In this document: in pieces, positions 28,985-38,884 of the stretch
How positions within the stretch are numbered: position 1 is the stretch's first letter
Layout of the letters: every line of letters begins with the position of its first letter
Source of the DNA: an uncultured Actinomycetes bacterium
GTDB taxonomy: Bacteria; Actinomycetota; UBA4738; HRBIN12
NCBI GenBank assembly: GCA_963771385.1
Contig: CAVYTE010000003.1
Span: 52,929-116,928 of the forward strand
DNA length: 64,000 nt
Reading direction: 5' to 3'
Made by a program: the position numbers and the translations under genes
Notes under the pieces: generated by a model
Told to the model about the DNA's origin: nothing
The model's input: the letters and a program-made list of their open reading frames with translations, nothing else
Database searches by the model: none

Positions 28985-29191
28985 TCAGAGGGTGACGAGG
29001 CGGAGGGTCCTGGCGATCTTGCGCCCGCCCTCGTCGATGAGATCGAACCGGACGCGCTGGCCGAGGCGGAGGGACCGCAGCCCCGACCCCTCGACCGACG
29101 TGGCATCGATGAAGACCTCGGTGCGGTCGTCCATCAGCAGGGTGCCGGACCGCTCGTCGTCGTCGAAATCGCGAACCGTTCCCTGCGCCAC
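28985..29191 (-). CDS. cold-shock-domain-like protein (divergent)
   Basis: MAQGTVRDFDDDERSGTLL..EVFID parallels the CspA MxxGxVKWFN..GFGFI layout. Only 68 aa. Confidence 0.4.
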   Translation of the reverse strand: MAQGTVRDFDDDERSGTLLMDDRTEVFIDATSVEGSGLRSLRLGQRVRFDLIDEGGRKIARTLRLVTL

Positions 29192-29206
29192 AGGGCCTCC
29201 TCGGGC

Positions 29207-29845
29207 TCATGCCCGCAGACGTTCACCCAGGTCCATCTCGAGGCAGACGTCGCGCGTCCGGCCCCGTCGTCCCTCCGCGAGCAGCGTGAGGATATCGCCC
29301 GGACGGTCGACGTCGAAGGAGAGCTCGCGGCGCTGCACGATCGAGACGGGCAGCTCCCGCTCGGCGGCCAGCGCCAGGTGACGCTCGAACGAGTCCGGCC
29401 CGAACCGAGCGGGGATGGCTCGGGGCGGGCGGCGGAGCAGGAGGCTCGTCCCGGCGCCGTCCGCCGACCGGGCGAGCACGACCGCGCCGAGGGTTCGGAG
29501 CGCGTCGTGCAGGGTCTCGGCCGTCACCAGCGGGACGTCCGCGGGAAGCACCGCGAGCGCTCCGGCACCGGCCTCCTTCGCGAGCGACTCGGCCTGTCGG
29601 ATCGCGTTGGCCAGCGGCGGCTTCTCCTCGGTGATCGGTCGCGCTCCGCGGGCAGCCGCGATCTCGAGCGCGACCTCGTCCGGCGAGACGACCCACGTCT
29701 CCCAGCCGGGCACGGACAACGCGGCGTCGAGGACGTCCTCGAGCATCGCCAGGGTCAGCGCGCCCCGCTCGAGGTCGGTGAGTGCCGGAGCCAGCCGTGT
29801 CTTGGCTCGGGCGAGCGACTTGACCGGCACCGCGACGATCTTCAT
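29207..29845 (-). CDS. 2-phospho-L-lactate guanylyltransferase-like protein (CofC/FbiD family)
   Basis: MKIVAVPVKSLARAKTRLAPALT at the N-terminus and a C-terminal FDVDRPGDIL resemble CofC. Confidence 0.5.
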   Translation of the reverse strand: MKIVAVPVKSLARAKTRLAPALTDLERGALTLAMLEDVLDAALSVPGWETWVVSPDEVALEIAAARGARPITEEKPPLANAIRQAESLAKEAGAGALAVLPADVPLVTAETLHDALRTLGAVVLARSADGAGTSLLLRRPPRAIPARFGPDSFERHLALAAERELPVSIVQRRELSFDVDRPGDILTLLAEGRRGRTRDVCLEMDLGERLRA

Positions 29846-29949
29846 CCGGACAGGCTATCCGGTGGGCGATCAGCGGACGGGCCCCGCGGGTCCGTGCGGA
29901 CGAGGACGAAGGAGCGATAGCATCGCCCGCCACGTGGAGGAGGCCCATC

Positions 29950-30621
29950 GTGGAACCCTGGTACCGAGCGAGCGAGCTCGTCCTGCGGCCCCCGTTCCAG
30001 CTCTGGTTCAATTGGCATATCGAGGGTCTCGAGAAGGTCCCACCGACCGGGCCGCTCATCCTGGCCGGGAACCATCTGTCCTACATCGACCCGTTCGCGC
30101 ATGGGATCTTCGTGGTGAAGGGGGGCCGACGGCCGCGGTTCCTCGCGAAGCGGGAGCTGTTCGACGTCCCGCTTGTCGGCGCCGCCCTGCGCGGATCGAG
30201 CCAGATCCCGGTGCATCGGGGATCCGGAGACCGGACGCCGCTCGACGAGGCGAAGCGAGCGCTGGAGGCGGGTGAGGTCGTCGTGATGTATCCGGAGGGG
30301 ACCACCACGACCTCGAACCCGGACTTCTCGCCCGGCAGGGGTCGCACGGGGGGCGTCCGCCTGTCCCTCGCGACCGGCGTGCCGATCCTGCCCGTCGCGA
30401 CCTGGGGGGGCCAGTACGTCTGGCGCAAGTCGGGGCGCCAGAGCATGCGGTTCGGACGGCCGATCTGGCTGATCGCCGGCGAGCCGATCGACCCCGGTCC
30501 GGCCTCGAGCCGGCCGGCGACGGCCAGGGTCCGGGCCATGACCGACGAGCTGATGACCGAGCTCACGCGCCTCGTCGCGCGGATCCGCGCGCGGTATCCC
30601 GCTCGTTGGGCGCAGGGGTAG
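29950..30621 (+). CDS. plsC: 1-acyl-sn-glycerol-3-phosphate acyltransferase
   Basis: HxxxxD motif NHLSYIDP and the PEGT motif YPEGTT. Confidence 0.7.
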   Translation: MEPWYRASELVLRPPFQLWFNWHIEGLEKVPPTGPLILAGNHLSYIDPFAHGIFVVKGGRRPRFLAKRELFDVPLVGAALRGSSQIPVHRGSGDRTPLDEAKRALEAGEVVVMYPEGTTTTSNPDFSPGRGRTGGVRLSLATGVPILPVATWGGQYVWRKSGRQSMRFGRPIWLIAGEPIDPGPASSRPATARVRAMTDELMTELTRLVARIRARYPARWAQG

Positions 30622-30630
30622 GCTGAGGCG

Positions 30631-31818
30631 ATGGACGACCGCAGCGAGCTTGGGTTCACGACGCGGGCGATCCACGGTCAGGCATTGCCGCCCGTCGACC
30701 AGGACACGCCGAGCGTTCCGATCTTCCAGACGTCCACGTTCCGATTCGACACCTCAGCCGAGTTTGCGGAGACCATCGACTTCCGCCGGCCTGGGTACAC
30801 CTACACCCGCGGCTACGGCAACCCCACGCTCCTCGCGTTCGAGCGCGTCATGGCGGATCTGGAGGCGACGGAGTCGGCGCACTCGTTCGCCTCGGGGATG
30901 GCCGCGGTGCATACGCTGGTGACCAGCGTCGCCGTCGCGGGCGACCGGGTCGTCGCCAGCAACGAGCTCTACGGCGGGACCTACGCGCTGTTCGCCACCG
31001 TGCTCCCGCGCTACGGCATCGCGGTCGAGTTCGTGGACCCGCACGACCACGATGCGGTTCGCGCGGCGCTGCCGGGGGCGAAGCTGCTGTACGTCGAGAC
31101 GATCGCCAACCCGAACGTCACCGTCGCGGACCTGCCGGCGCTCGGGGCGCTCGCCGCGGAGGCGGGGGTCGCCAGCGCCGTGGACAACACGTTCGCATCC
31201 CCGTACCTGTGCAACCCGTCGCGGTACGGGTTCGACTACGTCCTGCACTCGGCGACGAAGTACATCGGCGGCCACAACGACCTAATCGGCGGGATCGTGT
31301 GCACGTCGGAGGAGCGGATGGCGGAGCTCCGCTCGACGGTGATCGAGACGGGTGCGACGATGGCGCCGCTCGAGGCGTGGCTGTCGATGCGGGGGCTCAT
31401 GACCCTGGAGATCCGGATGCGGCGTCACAGCGAGACCGCGAGTGCGCTCGCCGAGTGGCTCGAGGCACATGCGAAGGTCGAACGGATGCACTACCCGGGC
31501 CTCGCGTCGCACCCGCACCGAGCGGTGGCTGCGGCGATCCTTCCCCGCGGATGCGGTGGGATGGCCGCGTTCGAGGTCACCGGCGGCGTGGAGGCAGGAC
31601 AGCGCGTGTGCGACGCGCTCGAGCTGGCCTGGGTCGGCGCGAGCCTCGGGGGGGCCCACACCCTTGTCTGTCACGCCGCGTCGACGACCCACCGCCAGAT
31701 GGGCGCCGAGCGCCGGCGCGCCGCCGGGATCGGGGATGGCCTCATCCGGCTGAGCGTCGGCCTGGAAGACGTCGACGATCTGCGTGAGGATCTCGCGCAG
31801 GCTCTGGAGAAGGCGTGA
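30631..31818 (+). CDS. Cys/Met-metabolism PLP-dependent enzyme (cystathionine gamma-synthase / methionine gamma-lyase family)
   Basis: N-terminus GFTTRAIHGQ..D, then SATKYIGGHNDLIGG carrying the PLP-binding lysine. Confidence 0.75.
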   Translation: MDDRSELGFTTRAIHGQALPPVDQDTPSVPIFQTSTFRFDTSAEFAETIDFRRPGYTYTRGYGNPTLLAFERVMADLEATESAHSFASGMAAVHTLVTSVAVAGDRVVASNELYGGTYALFATVLPRYGIAVEFVDPHDHDAVRAALPGAKLLYVETIANPNVTVADLPALGALAAEAGVASAVDNTFASPYLCNPSRYGFDYVLHSATKYIGGHNDLIGGIVCTSEERMAELRSTVIETGATMAPLEAWLSMRGLMTLEIRMRRHSETASALAEWLEAHAKVERMHYPGLASHPHRAVAAAILPRGCGGMAAFEVTGGVEAGQRVCDALELAWVGASLGGAHTLVCHAASTTHRQMGAERRRAAGIGDGLIRLSVGLEDVDDLREDLAQALEKA

Positions 31819-32921
31819 GGCGTCGGGTCGTCGTCCTGTTCGGCGGTCGCTCCGCAGAGCACGAGATCAGCGTCCTGTCGGCGAGGTCGGTGATCGACGC
31901 GCTCGACCCCGGTCGCTACGAGGCGGTGGCGATCGGCATCACGAGGGAAGGCCGCTGGCGGCTGATGCCGGGTGGGCCGCCCGCCCTGCCCTTTGGTGCG
32001 GAGGCCGGCGCCCTTCCCCGGGTCGGGCCCGGGAGCGGCACCGAGGTCGTCCTCGATCAGCGCCCCGGATCGCAGGCGCTCGTGTCCGAAGACGGCTCGC
32101 GCACCGAGATCGATGTGGTGTTCCCCGTCATGCACGGGCCGTTCGGAGAGGATGGTGCGGTCCAGGGGTTCCTCGAGTTGGCCGGCGTCCCGTATGTGGG
32201 CTCGGGGGTCCTCGCGTCCGCCCTCGGGATGGACAAGGCGATGCACAAGGTGGTGTTCGCGGCGGCCGGCCTTCCCGTGGTCGAGCACGAGGTGGTCCAC
32301 GAACGGGAGTGGGAGGAGGATCCCGAGGCGGTCGCGGCGCGCGCCGAGCACCTCGGGTTCCCGTTGTTCTCCAAGCCGGCGGCCCTCGGCTCCTCGATCG
32401 GGATCCGAAGGATCGGCGGACCCGCCGAGCTCCGAGAGTGCCTCGAGGAATCGTTCCGCTACGGGCGCAAGGCGCTCCTCGAGCGCTCGGTCGAGGGCGC
32501 GCGGGAGCTCGAGTGCGCCGTGCTGGGCAATGAGGACCCCGTCGCCTCGGTCGCCGGCGAGATCGTCACCCGCGGACACGAGTTCTACGACTTCGAGGCG
32601 AAGTACGTGGACGAGCGCGGCGCCGATCTCGTGATCCCGGCGGACATCCCCCCCGCGGCGCTCGAGGAGGTCCAGCGCCTCGCGATCTCGGCGTTCCGAG
32701 CGATCGACGCCGCCGGGATGGTGCGCGTCGACCTGTTCCTGCTTTCGGACGGACGCTTGGTGCTGAACGAGGTGAACACGATCCCGGGCTTCACGACGAT
32801 CTCCATGTACCCGAAGCTCTGGGAGTCGTCGGGCCTGCCCTATCCGCAGCTGATCGATCGGCTCCTCGAGCTCGCGATCGAACGCCACGAGGCGGAACGC
32901 AAGAAGGGCACCGGCGGCTGA
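31815..32921 (+). CDS. ddl: D-alanine--D-alanine ligase
   Basis: VVVLFGGRSAEHEISVLSA at the N-terminus and the ATP-grasp C-terminus EVNTIPGFT. It overlaps the upstream gene by 4 bp. Confidence 0.85.
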   Translation: MRRRVVVLFGGRSAEHEISVLSARSVIDALDPGRYEAVAIGITREGRWRLMPGGPPALPFGAEAGALPRVGPGSGTEVVLDQRPGSQALVSEDGSRTEIDVVFPVMHGPFGEDGAVQGFLELAGVPYVGSGVLASALGMDKAMHKVVFAAAGLPVVEHEVVHEREWEEDPEAVAARAEHLGFPLFSKPAALGSSIGIRRIGGPAELRECLEESFRYGRKALLERSVEGARELECAVLGNEDPVASVAGEIVTRGHEFYDFEAKYVDERGADLVIPADIPPAALEEVQRLAISAFRAIDAAGMVRVDLFLLSDGRLVLNEVNTIPGFTTISMYPKLWESSGLPYPQLIDRLLELAIERHEAERKKGTGG

Positions 32922-32972
32922 TCCGCCGTCCACGGCAGCGGGGAAGCGGGGTCTCGCCCGCGCTCGTGCGAC

Positions 32973-33206
32973 CTACAGGTGAACGACCGGGCAGGTCAGC
33001 GTCCGGGTGATCCCCTCGACGCCCTGGATCTTGGCGACGACGAGCTTGCCGAGCTCGTCCACGTTCTTCGCCTCCGCGCGCACGATCACGTCGTACGGGC
33101 CGGTCACGTCCTCTGCCTCGGTGACGCCGCTGATGTCGCGAACCTCCTTCGCGACCTGCGCAGCCTTACCGACCTCGGTCTGGATCAGGATGTAGGCCTG
33201 GACCAC
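32973..33206 (-). CDS. stand-alone Lrp/AsnC ligand-binding (RAM) domain protein
   Basis: A 77-aa protein. VQAYILIQTEVGKAAQVAKEVRDISGVTEAEDVTGPYDVIV matches the AsnC C-terminal domain. Confidence 0.6.
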   Translation of the reverse strand: MVQAYILIQTEVGKAAQVAKEVRDISGVTEAEDVTGPYDVIVRAEAKNVDELGKLVVAKIQGVEGITRTLTCPVVHL

Positions 33207-33219
33207 GGCGACCTCCCTC

Positions 33220-33498
33220 GTGAAGAGGGGCCCATGCTATGCGGCCGCGTTCGAGGGCGACAACGACACGGCGATCGTGACGCGGGCGTGGGATGATCGA
33301 GGCGTGGTGACCCGCCGGAAGAAGCGCGCGCGGGCGTTGGACCCGCTGGCCGCCTACCGCAAGATCCGCAAGCCGATGCCGCCTCCGGAGAAGGTGATGC
33401 GGGACCGGCGTCGCGAGCTTGAGGACGAACAGGCGCGTCGGGAGGTGGACGCCGCCGCCGCAGGCGCCGGAGATCCGCCGGAGCGGCGAGGGCGATGA
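33220..33498 (+). CDS. small basic hypothetical protein, translationally coupled (ATGA) to the downstream PRTase
   Basis: 92-aa Arg/Lys-rich ORF whose stop overlaps the start of the next gene. Confidence 0.3.
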   Translation: MKRGPCYAAAFEGDNDTAIVTRAWDDRGVVTRRKKRARALDPLAAYRKIRKPMPPPEKVMRDRRRELEDEQARREVDAAAAGAGDPPERRGR

Positions 33499-34135
33499 TC
33501 TTCGCCGATCGCGCCGAGGCGGGGGACGTCTCGCCGAGGCACTCGCGGGGCGTGTCGGCGACGGAACGGTCGTGCTCGCGATCCCGCGTGGCGGTGTCGT
33601 GGTCGGTGAGGTCGTCGCGCGAACGCTCGGCGCGCCGCTCGACGTGGTGGTCCCCCGGAAGGTCGGTGCCCCGGGGAACCCCGAGCTGGGTCTCGGCGCG
33701 GTCGCGCCCGGTGTCCGAGTCCTGGATCCGCGGATGATCAGGCTGCTCCAGGTGTCGGACGCTTACCTCGAGCGCGAGATCGCGGCGCAGGAGGCCGAGA
33801 TCGCGCGCCGAGCGCACGCCTACCGGGAGGGAGGGCCCGGTTCGGACGTCGCCGGCCGTGTCGCGATCGTCGTCGACGACGGGGTGGCGACGGGCGGTAC
33901 GGCCGTCGCCGCGCTCCGGTGGGCGAGGTCGCGGGGCGCCACCCATGTCATCCTTGCCGTCCCCGTCGCTCCCGCCGCGACGCTCGAGCGACTCCGCGCC
34001 GAGGCGGACGAGGTCGTGGTCCTCGCGACGCCCGACCCCTTCTTCGCGGTCGGGGAGTGGTACCGGAACTTCGAGCAGACGAGCGACACCGAGGTCGTTG
34101 CCGCGCTCGCACGGTCCGCCGGCACTCGGGCGTGA
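33495..34135 (+). CDS. phosphoribosyltransferase family protein, with an apparent 1-nt frameshift in a G5 run (33521-33525)
   Basis: MIFADRAEAG is in frame 3 and then RLAEALAGRVGDGTVVLAIPRGG in frame 2. Adding one G restores the canonical N-terminus. The PRPP-binding block IVVDDGVATGGT is present. Confidence 0.55.
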
Positions 34136-34500
34136 GGCCGTTCGAGCTCGCCGTCGCGCTCGTCTTCGTCGGTGGTGGCCTGCGATCGCTCTGGGTGTGG
34201 AGTCGGCGGCCCTTCCAGGGCACCGACGTCGTCGACCACGTCCTGTACGCGCTGTACCTGACCGGCCGGATCGGCCTGTGGTTCGCGTTCGCCGGGTTCT
34301 TCCTGATCTACGCGTCGATCGACGTCCAGGGCCGAGCCGCGCTCGACGAGCTCGATCAGTACCGCTGGTACCTGATCGTGCCGCTCGCGCTCGCGGTGCT
34401 GCAGCTGGGGGCGGGGTGGTTCCTCGGTCGTCGAGGGCCGCCGGACGAGCCGGCGGATGGGGCGAACGACGGGGCGGAGGTCAGCCCACCGCCTTCCTGA
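34132..34500 (+). CDS. small integral membrane protein
   Basis: GTGA overlap with the PRTase stop. Three hydrophobic helices. Confidence 0.4.
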   Translation: MRPFELAVALVFVGGGLRSLWVWSRRPFQGTDVVDHVLYALYLTGRIGLWFAFAGFFLIYASIDVQGRAALDELDQYRWYLIVPLALAVLQLGAGWFLGRRGPPDEPADGANDGAEVSPPPS

Positions 34501-35992
34501 TCTCGGGCGTGAGCTCCGGGAACTCCTCCAGCCGCGCGACGCGATCGGCCTTCAGTCGCTCGACGAAGTCCCGATACTCCGGCATCCGCCCCTGGCGCTC
34601 GTAGAGCCGTCGCGGCTGGAGCAACTCGGGGTCGTCGAGACGCGGGACCGACTCCGCGACGAGGTATCCGAAGTCGTCGTCGCGCGTCCACGAGATCGTC
34701 TGCTCCGCGATCGCCTCGACGCACGCGGATGTGTGCGGGATCTGCACCTTCTTCGAGCGCTCGTCGTCCGCCTTCCCACCGACGCGCCCGGTGTTGAGCA
34801 GGTAGGCCTCGATCGGATGCGTGGCGAGCAGGTCGAGGATCCGGTTCCCCTGGAAGCCGTGTGGGAGCGGGAAGAAGGGGTTCGTCCCCGGGACGCGGAG
34901 GAACCGCCCCGCCTCCGACGCGCCACCGGCCGACGTCCCCGTGGTTTCGCCGAGCATGAAGTACCCCGCGGCCTGTTCCTGGTTCAGCTTCGAGACGGCG
35001 GGGATGATGCTCTCGTTCCAGTTGAGGATCAGGAGGTAGTCGACGGTGCCGACCTTCGTCGCGTCCCGGTACCGCGCCAGGTCGTCCATCCGGAACACCG
35101 CTCGCCCGTTCTGCGTGTAGCTCTGCTCGAAGAAGTTCACCGTCCCGGCGTCGTCCTGGTAGACGTTCTCGAGGTACGTGGTCGGCTTCACGACCGCGTC
35201 GTGGATGTTCGGCTCGAAGTCGGGATCGAGGCTGAACGTCTTGGCGAAGCACCCGTTCTCCGTCCCGTGGACGCGTCCGCCCGGTAGCAACGCGACGAAG
35301 TCATCCTGCACCGGGAGCGAGTCGTTCTGGGTCGTGAAGGTCGTGGTGGTCTTGCCGGTGCCCGAGAGCCCGATGATCAGGAACACCTTCTCGCCGGCGG
35401 TGGTCGGCACGACCTTCAGACCTGCGTGCAGCGCGAGGCCGCCGAGGTCGAAGACCTTCGCGTTCCACATCCGCAGCCCGCCCTTCTTCGACTCGCCGAA
35501 GTAGTCGGAGTGCATCACGCGGGTCACGCCGTGCTCGAGGTCGACGGCGATCAGGCGGTCGTCCGGGTAGCCGGGTGCCGGGAGGTTCGGCGTGTAGATG
35601 ACCTCGAGCTCGGGCTCGTCCCCGTCGTCCCGGGGGAAGTACAGCTTCTGCTGCATCCCGGCGATGTTCGCGTTGGCGCGCTCGATCGTGAGTCGGGCCT
35701 TCGTGCGGAGGTTCGGGTCGTTGCCGATGAAGCCGTCGATCACGACGACGTCGCGCTCGCGCAAGTAAGCGTCCTGCATCTCCGCGGCCGCCTCGAAGTC
35801 CTCGCGCGTCATCGTCTTGCCGCTCGAGCGCTCCGCCACGACGTAGGTGCTGCCGGCGCTTCGCGACGTGACCCGGGTCTGGACGTTCACGTTGCCGAAC
35901 CCCGTGATCCGGCACTGCGGCATCGCTTCTGTGAACGCACGCAGTTCGTCCGCGCTGGGGTTGTCGTGGATGGACCGCGCCTCGACCTTCAC
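34481..35992 (-). CDS. pckA: phosphoenolpyruvate carboxykinase (ATP-dependent type)
   Basis: Kinase-1a motif GLSGTGKTT, and GTG start with AAGGAG 7 nt upstream. The listed 928-aa ORF extends upstream as antisense to thiL. Confidence 0.75.
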   Translation of the reverse strand: MKVEARSIHDNPSADELRAFTEAMPQCRITGFGNVNVQTRVTSRSAGSTYVVAERSSGKTMTREDFEAAAEMQDAYLRERDVVVIDGFIGNDPNLRTKARLTIERANANIAGMQQKLYFPRDDGDEPELEVIYTPNLPAPGYPDDRLIAVDLEHGVTRVMHSDYFGESKKGGLRMWNAKVFDLGGLALHAGLKVVPTTAGEKVFLIIGLSGTGKTTTTFTTQNDSLPVQDDFVALLPGGRVHGTENGCFAKTFSLDPDFEPNIHDAVVKPTTYLENVYQDDAGTVNFFEQSYTQNGRAVFRMDDLARYRDATKVGTVDYLLILNWNESIIPAVSKLNQEQAAGYFMLGETTGTSAGGASEAGRFLRVPGTNPFFPLPHGFQGNRILDLLATHPIEAYLLNTGRVGGKADDERSKKVQIPHTSACVEAIAEQTISWTRDDDFGYLVAESVPRLDDPELLQPRRLYERQGRMPEYRDFVERLKADRVARLEEFPELTPEIRKAVG

Positions 35993-36097
35993 GGAGCTCC
36001 TTCGATCACCGGGGCTCGAGGCCCGTCGGACGTCACAGCGCCCGTATCCTACCCAACGAGGGCAGGCGCTCCCGTTCGGGTCGCCGGAGCGAACGAC

Positions 36098-37102
36098 ATG
36101 GAGCTTCCCGAGGACGAGCTGATCACCGCCATCGCCCGCGTGCTCTCGGATCTGGAGCCGGGCGTCGTGGTCGGGCTCGGGGACGACGCGGCCGTGGTCG
36201 CCCCCGGGGGCGGGGAGCTCGTGCTCACGACGGACCTGCTCGTGGAAGGTGTGCACTTCGAGTCCGGATCGATCTCCGCACACGACCTCGGCGCGAAGTC
36301 CGTCACCGTGAACCTGTCCGACATCGCAGCCATGGCCGCGAGCCCGAGGTTCGCGCTCGTCGCCCTCGGCGTCCCGCCGGACACCGATGCGGCCTGGGTG
36401 ATGGAGCTGTACGGCGGCATGCGGGACGTCTGCGCCGAGTACGCCGTGGCCGTCGTCGGTGGCGACACGAATCGCTCCGAGCGCGTCACGGTCTCCGTCG
36501 CGGTCGTGGGCGAGGTCGCGCCGGGGCGAGCGGTGTTGCGCTCGGGAGCGGGGGTCGGTGACCGGATCGTCGTGACGGGATCGCTCGGGGCGGCGGCGGG
36601 CGGCCTCGCGCTGTCGAAGGCCGAGGGGCCGGTCGCGGGTGCGGCGCTCTCGGAGCCGTGGGGCCATCGGCTGGCAGAGGCGCTCGCGCGTCCGACGGCC
36701 CGGGTCGGCGAGGCGCAGATCCTCGCGCGCTCGGGCGTCACCGCGATGATGGATCTGTCCGACGGGTTGGCGAAGGACCTGTCGAGGCTCTGCCTCGCGA
36801 GCGACGTCGGTGCACGGATCACGATCCAGGACGTCCCGGTGGCGCCCGCGCTCGTTCATGGTGCGGAGGCTCTTGAGATCGATGCGGTCGCGCTCGCGCT
36901 GTCGGGGGGAGAGGACTACGAGCTCCTCGCGACGATCCCCTCGGACGCCTACGGCGTCGCTCGCGCCGAGCTCCTCGACACGTTCGGCGTGGACCTGACC
37001 GACGTGGGCGAGATCGTCGAGGGTTCCGGCGTCATCGGGGAGGGCGCCGACGGAGCGGAGGAGCCGCTCGCGCCCGCAGGGTGGGATCACTTCGCTCCGT
37101 AG
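36098..37102 (+). CDS. thiL: thiamine-monophosphate kinase
   Basis: AIR-synthase-related fold with LGDDAAVV and VVGGDT blocks. Adjacent to thiD. Confidence 0.75.
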   Translation: MELPEDELITAIARVLSDLEPGVVVGLGDDAAVVAPGGGELVLTTDLLVEGVHFESGSISAHDLGAKSVTVNLSDIAAMAASPRFALVALGVPPDTDAAWVMELYGGMRDVCAEYAVAVVGGDTNRSERVTVSVAVVGEVAPGRAVLRSGAGVGDRIVVTGSLGAAAGGLALSKAEGPVAGAALSEPWGHRLAEALARPTARVGEAQILARSGVTAMMDLSDGLAKDLSRLCLASDVGARITIQDVPVAPALVHGAEALEIDAVALALSGGEDYELLATIPSDAYGVARAELLDTFGVDLTDVGEIVEGSGVIGEGADGAEEPLAPAGWDHFAP

Positions 37103-37130
37103 GTAGCCTGGACGACGTGGGGACGAAGGC

Positions 37131-37970
37131 GTGACACCTCCTCGGGCGTTGTCCATCGCCGGTTCGGACTCGGGCGGCGGCGCGGGGATCCAGGCCGACC
37201 TGAAGACGTTCAGTGCGCTCGGCGTCTTCGGGACGACCGCGATCACGGCGGTCACTGTGCAGAACACGCAGGGGGTGCGCGATCACGTCGCCCTCCCGCC
37301 GACGATCGTGGCCGAGCAGATCCGCGCGGTGGCGAGCGACATCGGGGTCGACGCGGCCAAGACCGGCATGCTCGCGTCGGCCGAGATCGCGGTCGCGGTC
37401 GCCGACGCCCTCGTGGAGATGCAGGTTCCGAACCTCGTCGTGGACCCGGTCTTCGTCTCCAAACACGGGCACGCGCTGCTCGAGCAGGACGCGGTCGGGG
37501 CCCTCCGCGACCGGATCCTGCCGCTCGCCAGGCTCGTCACCCCGAACCTGCCCGAGGCGAGCGGCCTCGCCGGGTTCGACGTCACCACCAGGGACCTGAT
37601 GCCCGATGCGGCCGAGACGATCCAGGCGATGGGTCCGCGGGCGGTGCTCGTGAAGGGTGGCCATCTCGCGGGGCCCGCGGGCGCGGACGACCTGTTCTTC
37701 GACGGGGAGCGGATGGAGTGGATCTCGGCCGAGCGGATCGACACGCGGAACACGCACGGCACCGGCTGCACGCTGTCCTCGGCGATCGCCGCCTATCTCG
37801 CGCGGGGTGAGGACCTCCTCGAGGCCGTTCGCCTGGGCAAGGCGTTCGTGACCGAGGCGATCCGCGCCGCGCTGCCACTCGGACACGGGATCGGTCCCGT
37901 GAACCACCTCTGGTCAATCGGCAGCGGCGGGTGGGCCGAGCCCGAGGAGCGGAGCCGGCGGGACGCCTAG
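37131..37970 (+). CDS. thiD: hydroxymethylpyrimidine/phosphomethylpyrimidine kinase
   Basis: [21 protein letters not shown] and the ribokinase-family C-terminus [14 protein letters not shown]. Confidence 0.85.
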   Translation: MTPPRALSIAGSDSGGGAGIQADLKTFSALGVFGTTAITAVTVQNTQGVRDHVALPPTIVAEQIRAVASDIGVDAAKTGMLASAEIAVAVADALVEMQVPNLVVDPVFVSKHGHALLEQDAVGALRDRILPLARLVTPNLPEASGLAGFDVTTRDLMPDAAETIQAMGPRAVLVKGGHLAGPAGADDLFFDGERMEWISAERIDTRNTHGTGCTLSSAIAAYLARGEDLLEAVRLGKAFVTEAIRAALPLGHGIGPVNHLWSIGSGGWAEPEERSRRDA

Positions 37971-37974
37971 ACGC

Positions 37975-38166
37975 CTAGACGGCGCGCTGGACCTTGCCGG
38001 CCTTCAGGCAGCTCGTGCAGACGTACAGGCGCTTGGGCGACCCGTTCACCACGGCGCGGACGCGCTGCACGTTGGGATTCCACCGCTTCGGTGAGCGGCG
38101 GTGGGAGTGGGAGACCTGCATGCCGAAGAACGGCTTCTTCCCGCAGATGTCGCAGACGGCTGCCAT
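37975..38166 (-). CDS. rpmB: 50S ribosomal protein L28
   Basis: MAAVCDICGKKPFFGMQVSHSHRRSPKRWNPNVQRVRAVVNGSPKRLYVCTSCLK, embedded at the 3' end of a longer spurious ORF. Confidence 0.85.
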   Translation of the reverse strand: MAAVCDICGKKPFFGMQVSHSHRRSPKRWNPNVQRVRAVVNGSPKRLYVCTSCLKAGKVQRAV

Positions 38167-38190
38167 GGCGGCCCGCCATGCTAGCAGGGC

Positions 38191-38859
38191 TTGCGACTGC
38201 GCCCGGTCGCGGTCAGAGTTGCGGAAGCCGGTCGGCGACGGATGCCGACCGATGCGGATGCCGGGGAGGGAGGCGCAGCCATGACGGGGCAATACGACGG
38301 CATACACGAGTTCCTGTTCGTCCAGGGTGAGGCGCAGGCGAGGGCGCGCATCGGCGCGATCTTGAGGAAGTGGGATCCGGACCCGGAGAATGGCCCATTG
38401 TTCTCCGCCGGACTGCTCGCGGAGGGGGGGGACTTCCGAGGATTCGCACACTTCGGCCGCGATAGCGCTGAAGACCTGGGGGAGCTGAACGCCTCGCTGT
38501 GGGACGAGGGCATCCAATCCGACTACGAGACGGAGGGGAAGGTCTACAAGGATTCGGGTGGCGCGGCGTTCGGTCCCCGACGCCACAGCCCCGAGTTCGG
38601 AGCCCTCTGTCGTTTCGGCGCAACCCAACGGCCGGACATCGTGCTCGAGGCGATCGGGAATGAGTTCGGAGCGGACGTGGATAGCGGTCCCTTCGTCGGT
38701 GGTTCCCAGCTGCTGCGACGTTCCCGCCTGCTCGTCCAGCTCGGCGGTCCGGACGCCGATGCGGTCCGCGGCCTCGTCGATACCCTCCGTGTCTTCGACG
38801 GCGTCGACCAGGAGGACTTCCGGGTGGGCTACATCGACCCCGGGGTGACGTCGGCCTGA
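38191..38859 (+). CDS. hypothetical protein upstream of the cyclase-STAND gene (likely start ATG at 38281)
   Basis: About 190-aa acidic protein. No family was recognised. It ends 25 bp before the next gene. Confidence 0.35.
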   Translation: MRLRPVAVRVAEAGRRRMPTDADAGEGGAAMTGQYDGIHEFLFVQGEAQARARIGAILRKWDPDPENGPLFSAGLLAEGGDFRGFAHFGRDSAEDLGELNASLWDEGIQSDYETEGKVYKDSGGAAFGPRRHSPEFGALCRFGATQRPDIVLEAIGNEFGADVDSGPFVGGSQLLRRSRLLVQLGGPDADAVRGLVDTLRVFDGVDQEDFRVGYIDPGVTSA

Positions 38860-38884
38860 CGCCCCCGGCATCGGGGCGGCGGCG

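Noticed and set aside
35993-36097. Possible TPP riboswitch upstream of thiL
   Set aside because: No CUGAGA or THI-box consensus was seen in the 105-bp divergent spacer. thiL and thiD are not usually riboswitch-controlled.
35993-37267. Upstream two-thirds of the 928-aa minus ORF ending in pckA
   Set aside because: pckA has a clear GTG start with an RBS at 35992. The remainder is antisense to thiL and thiD.
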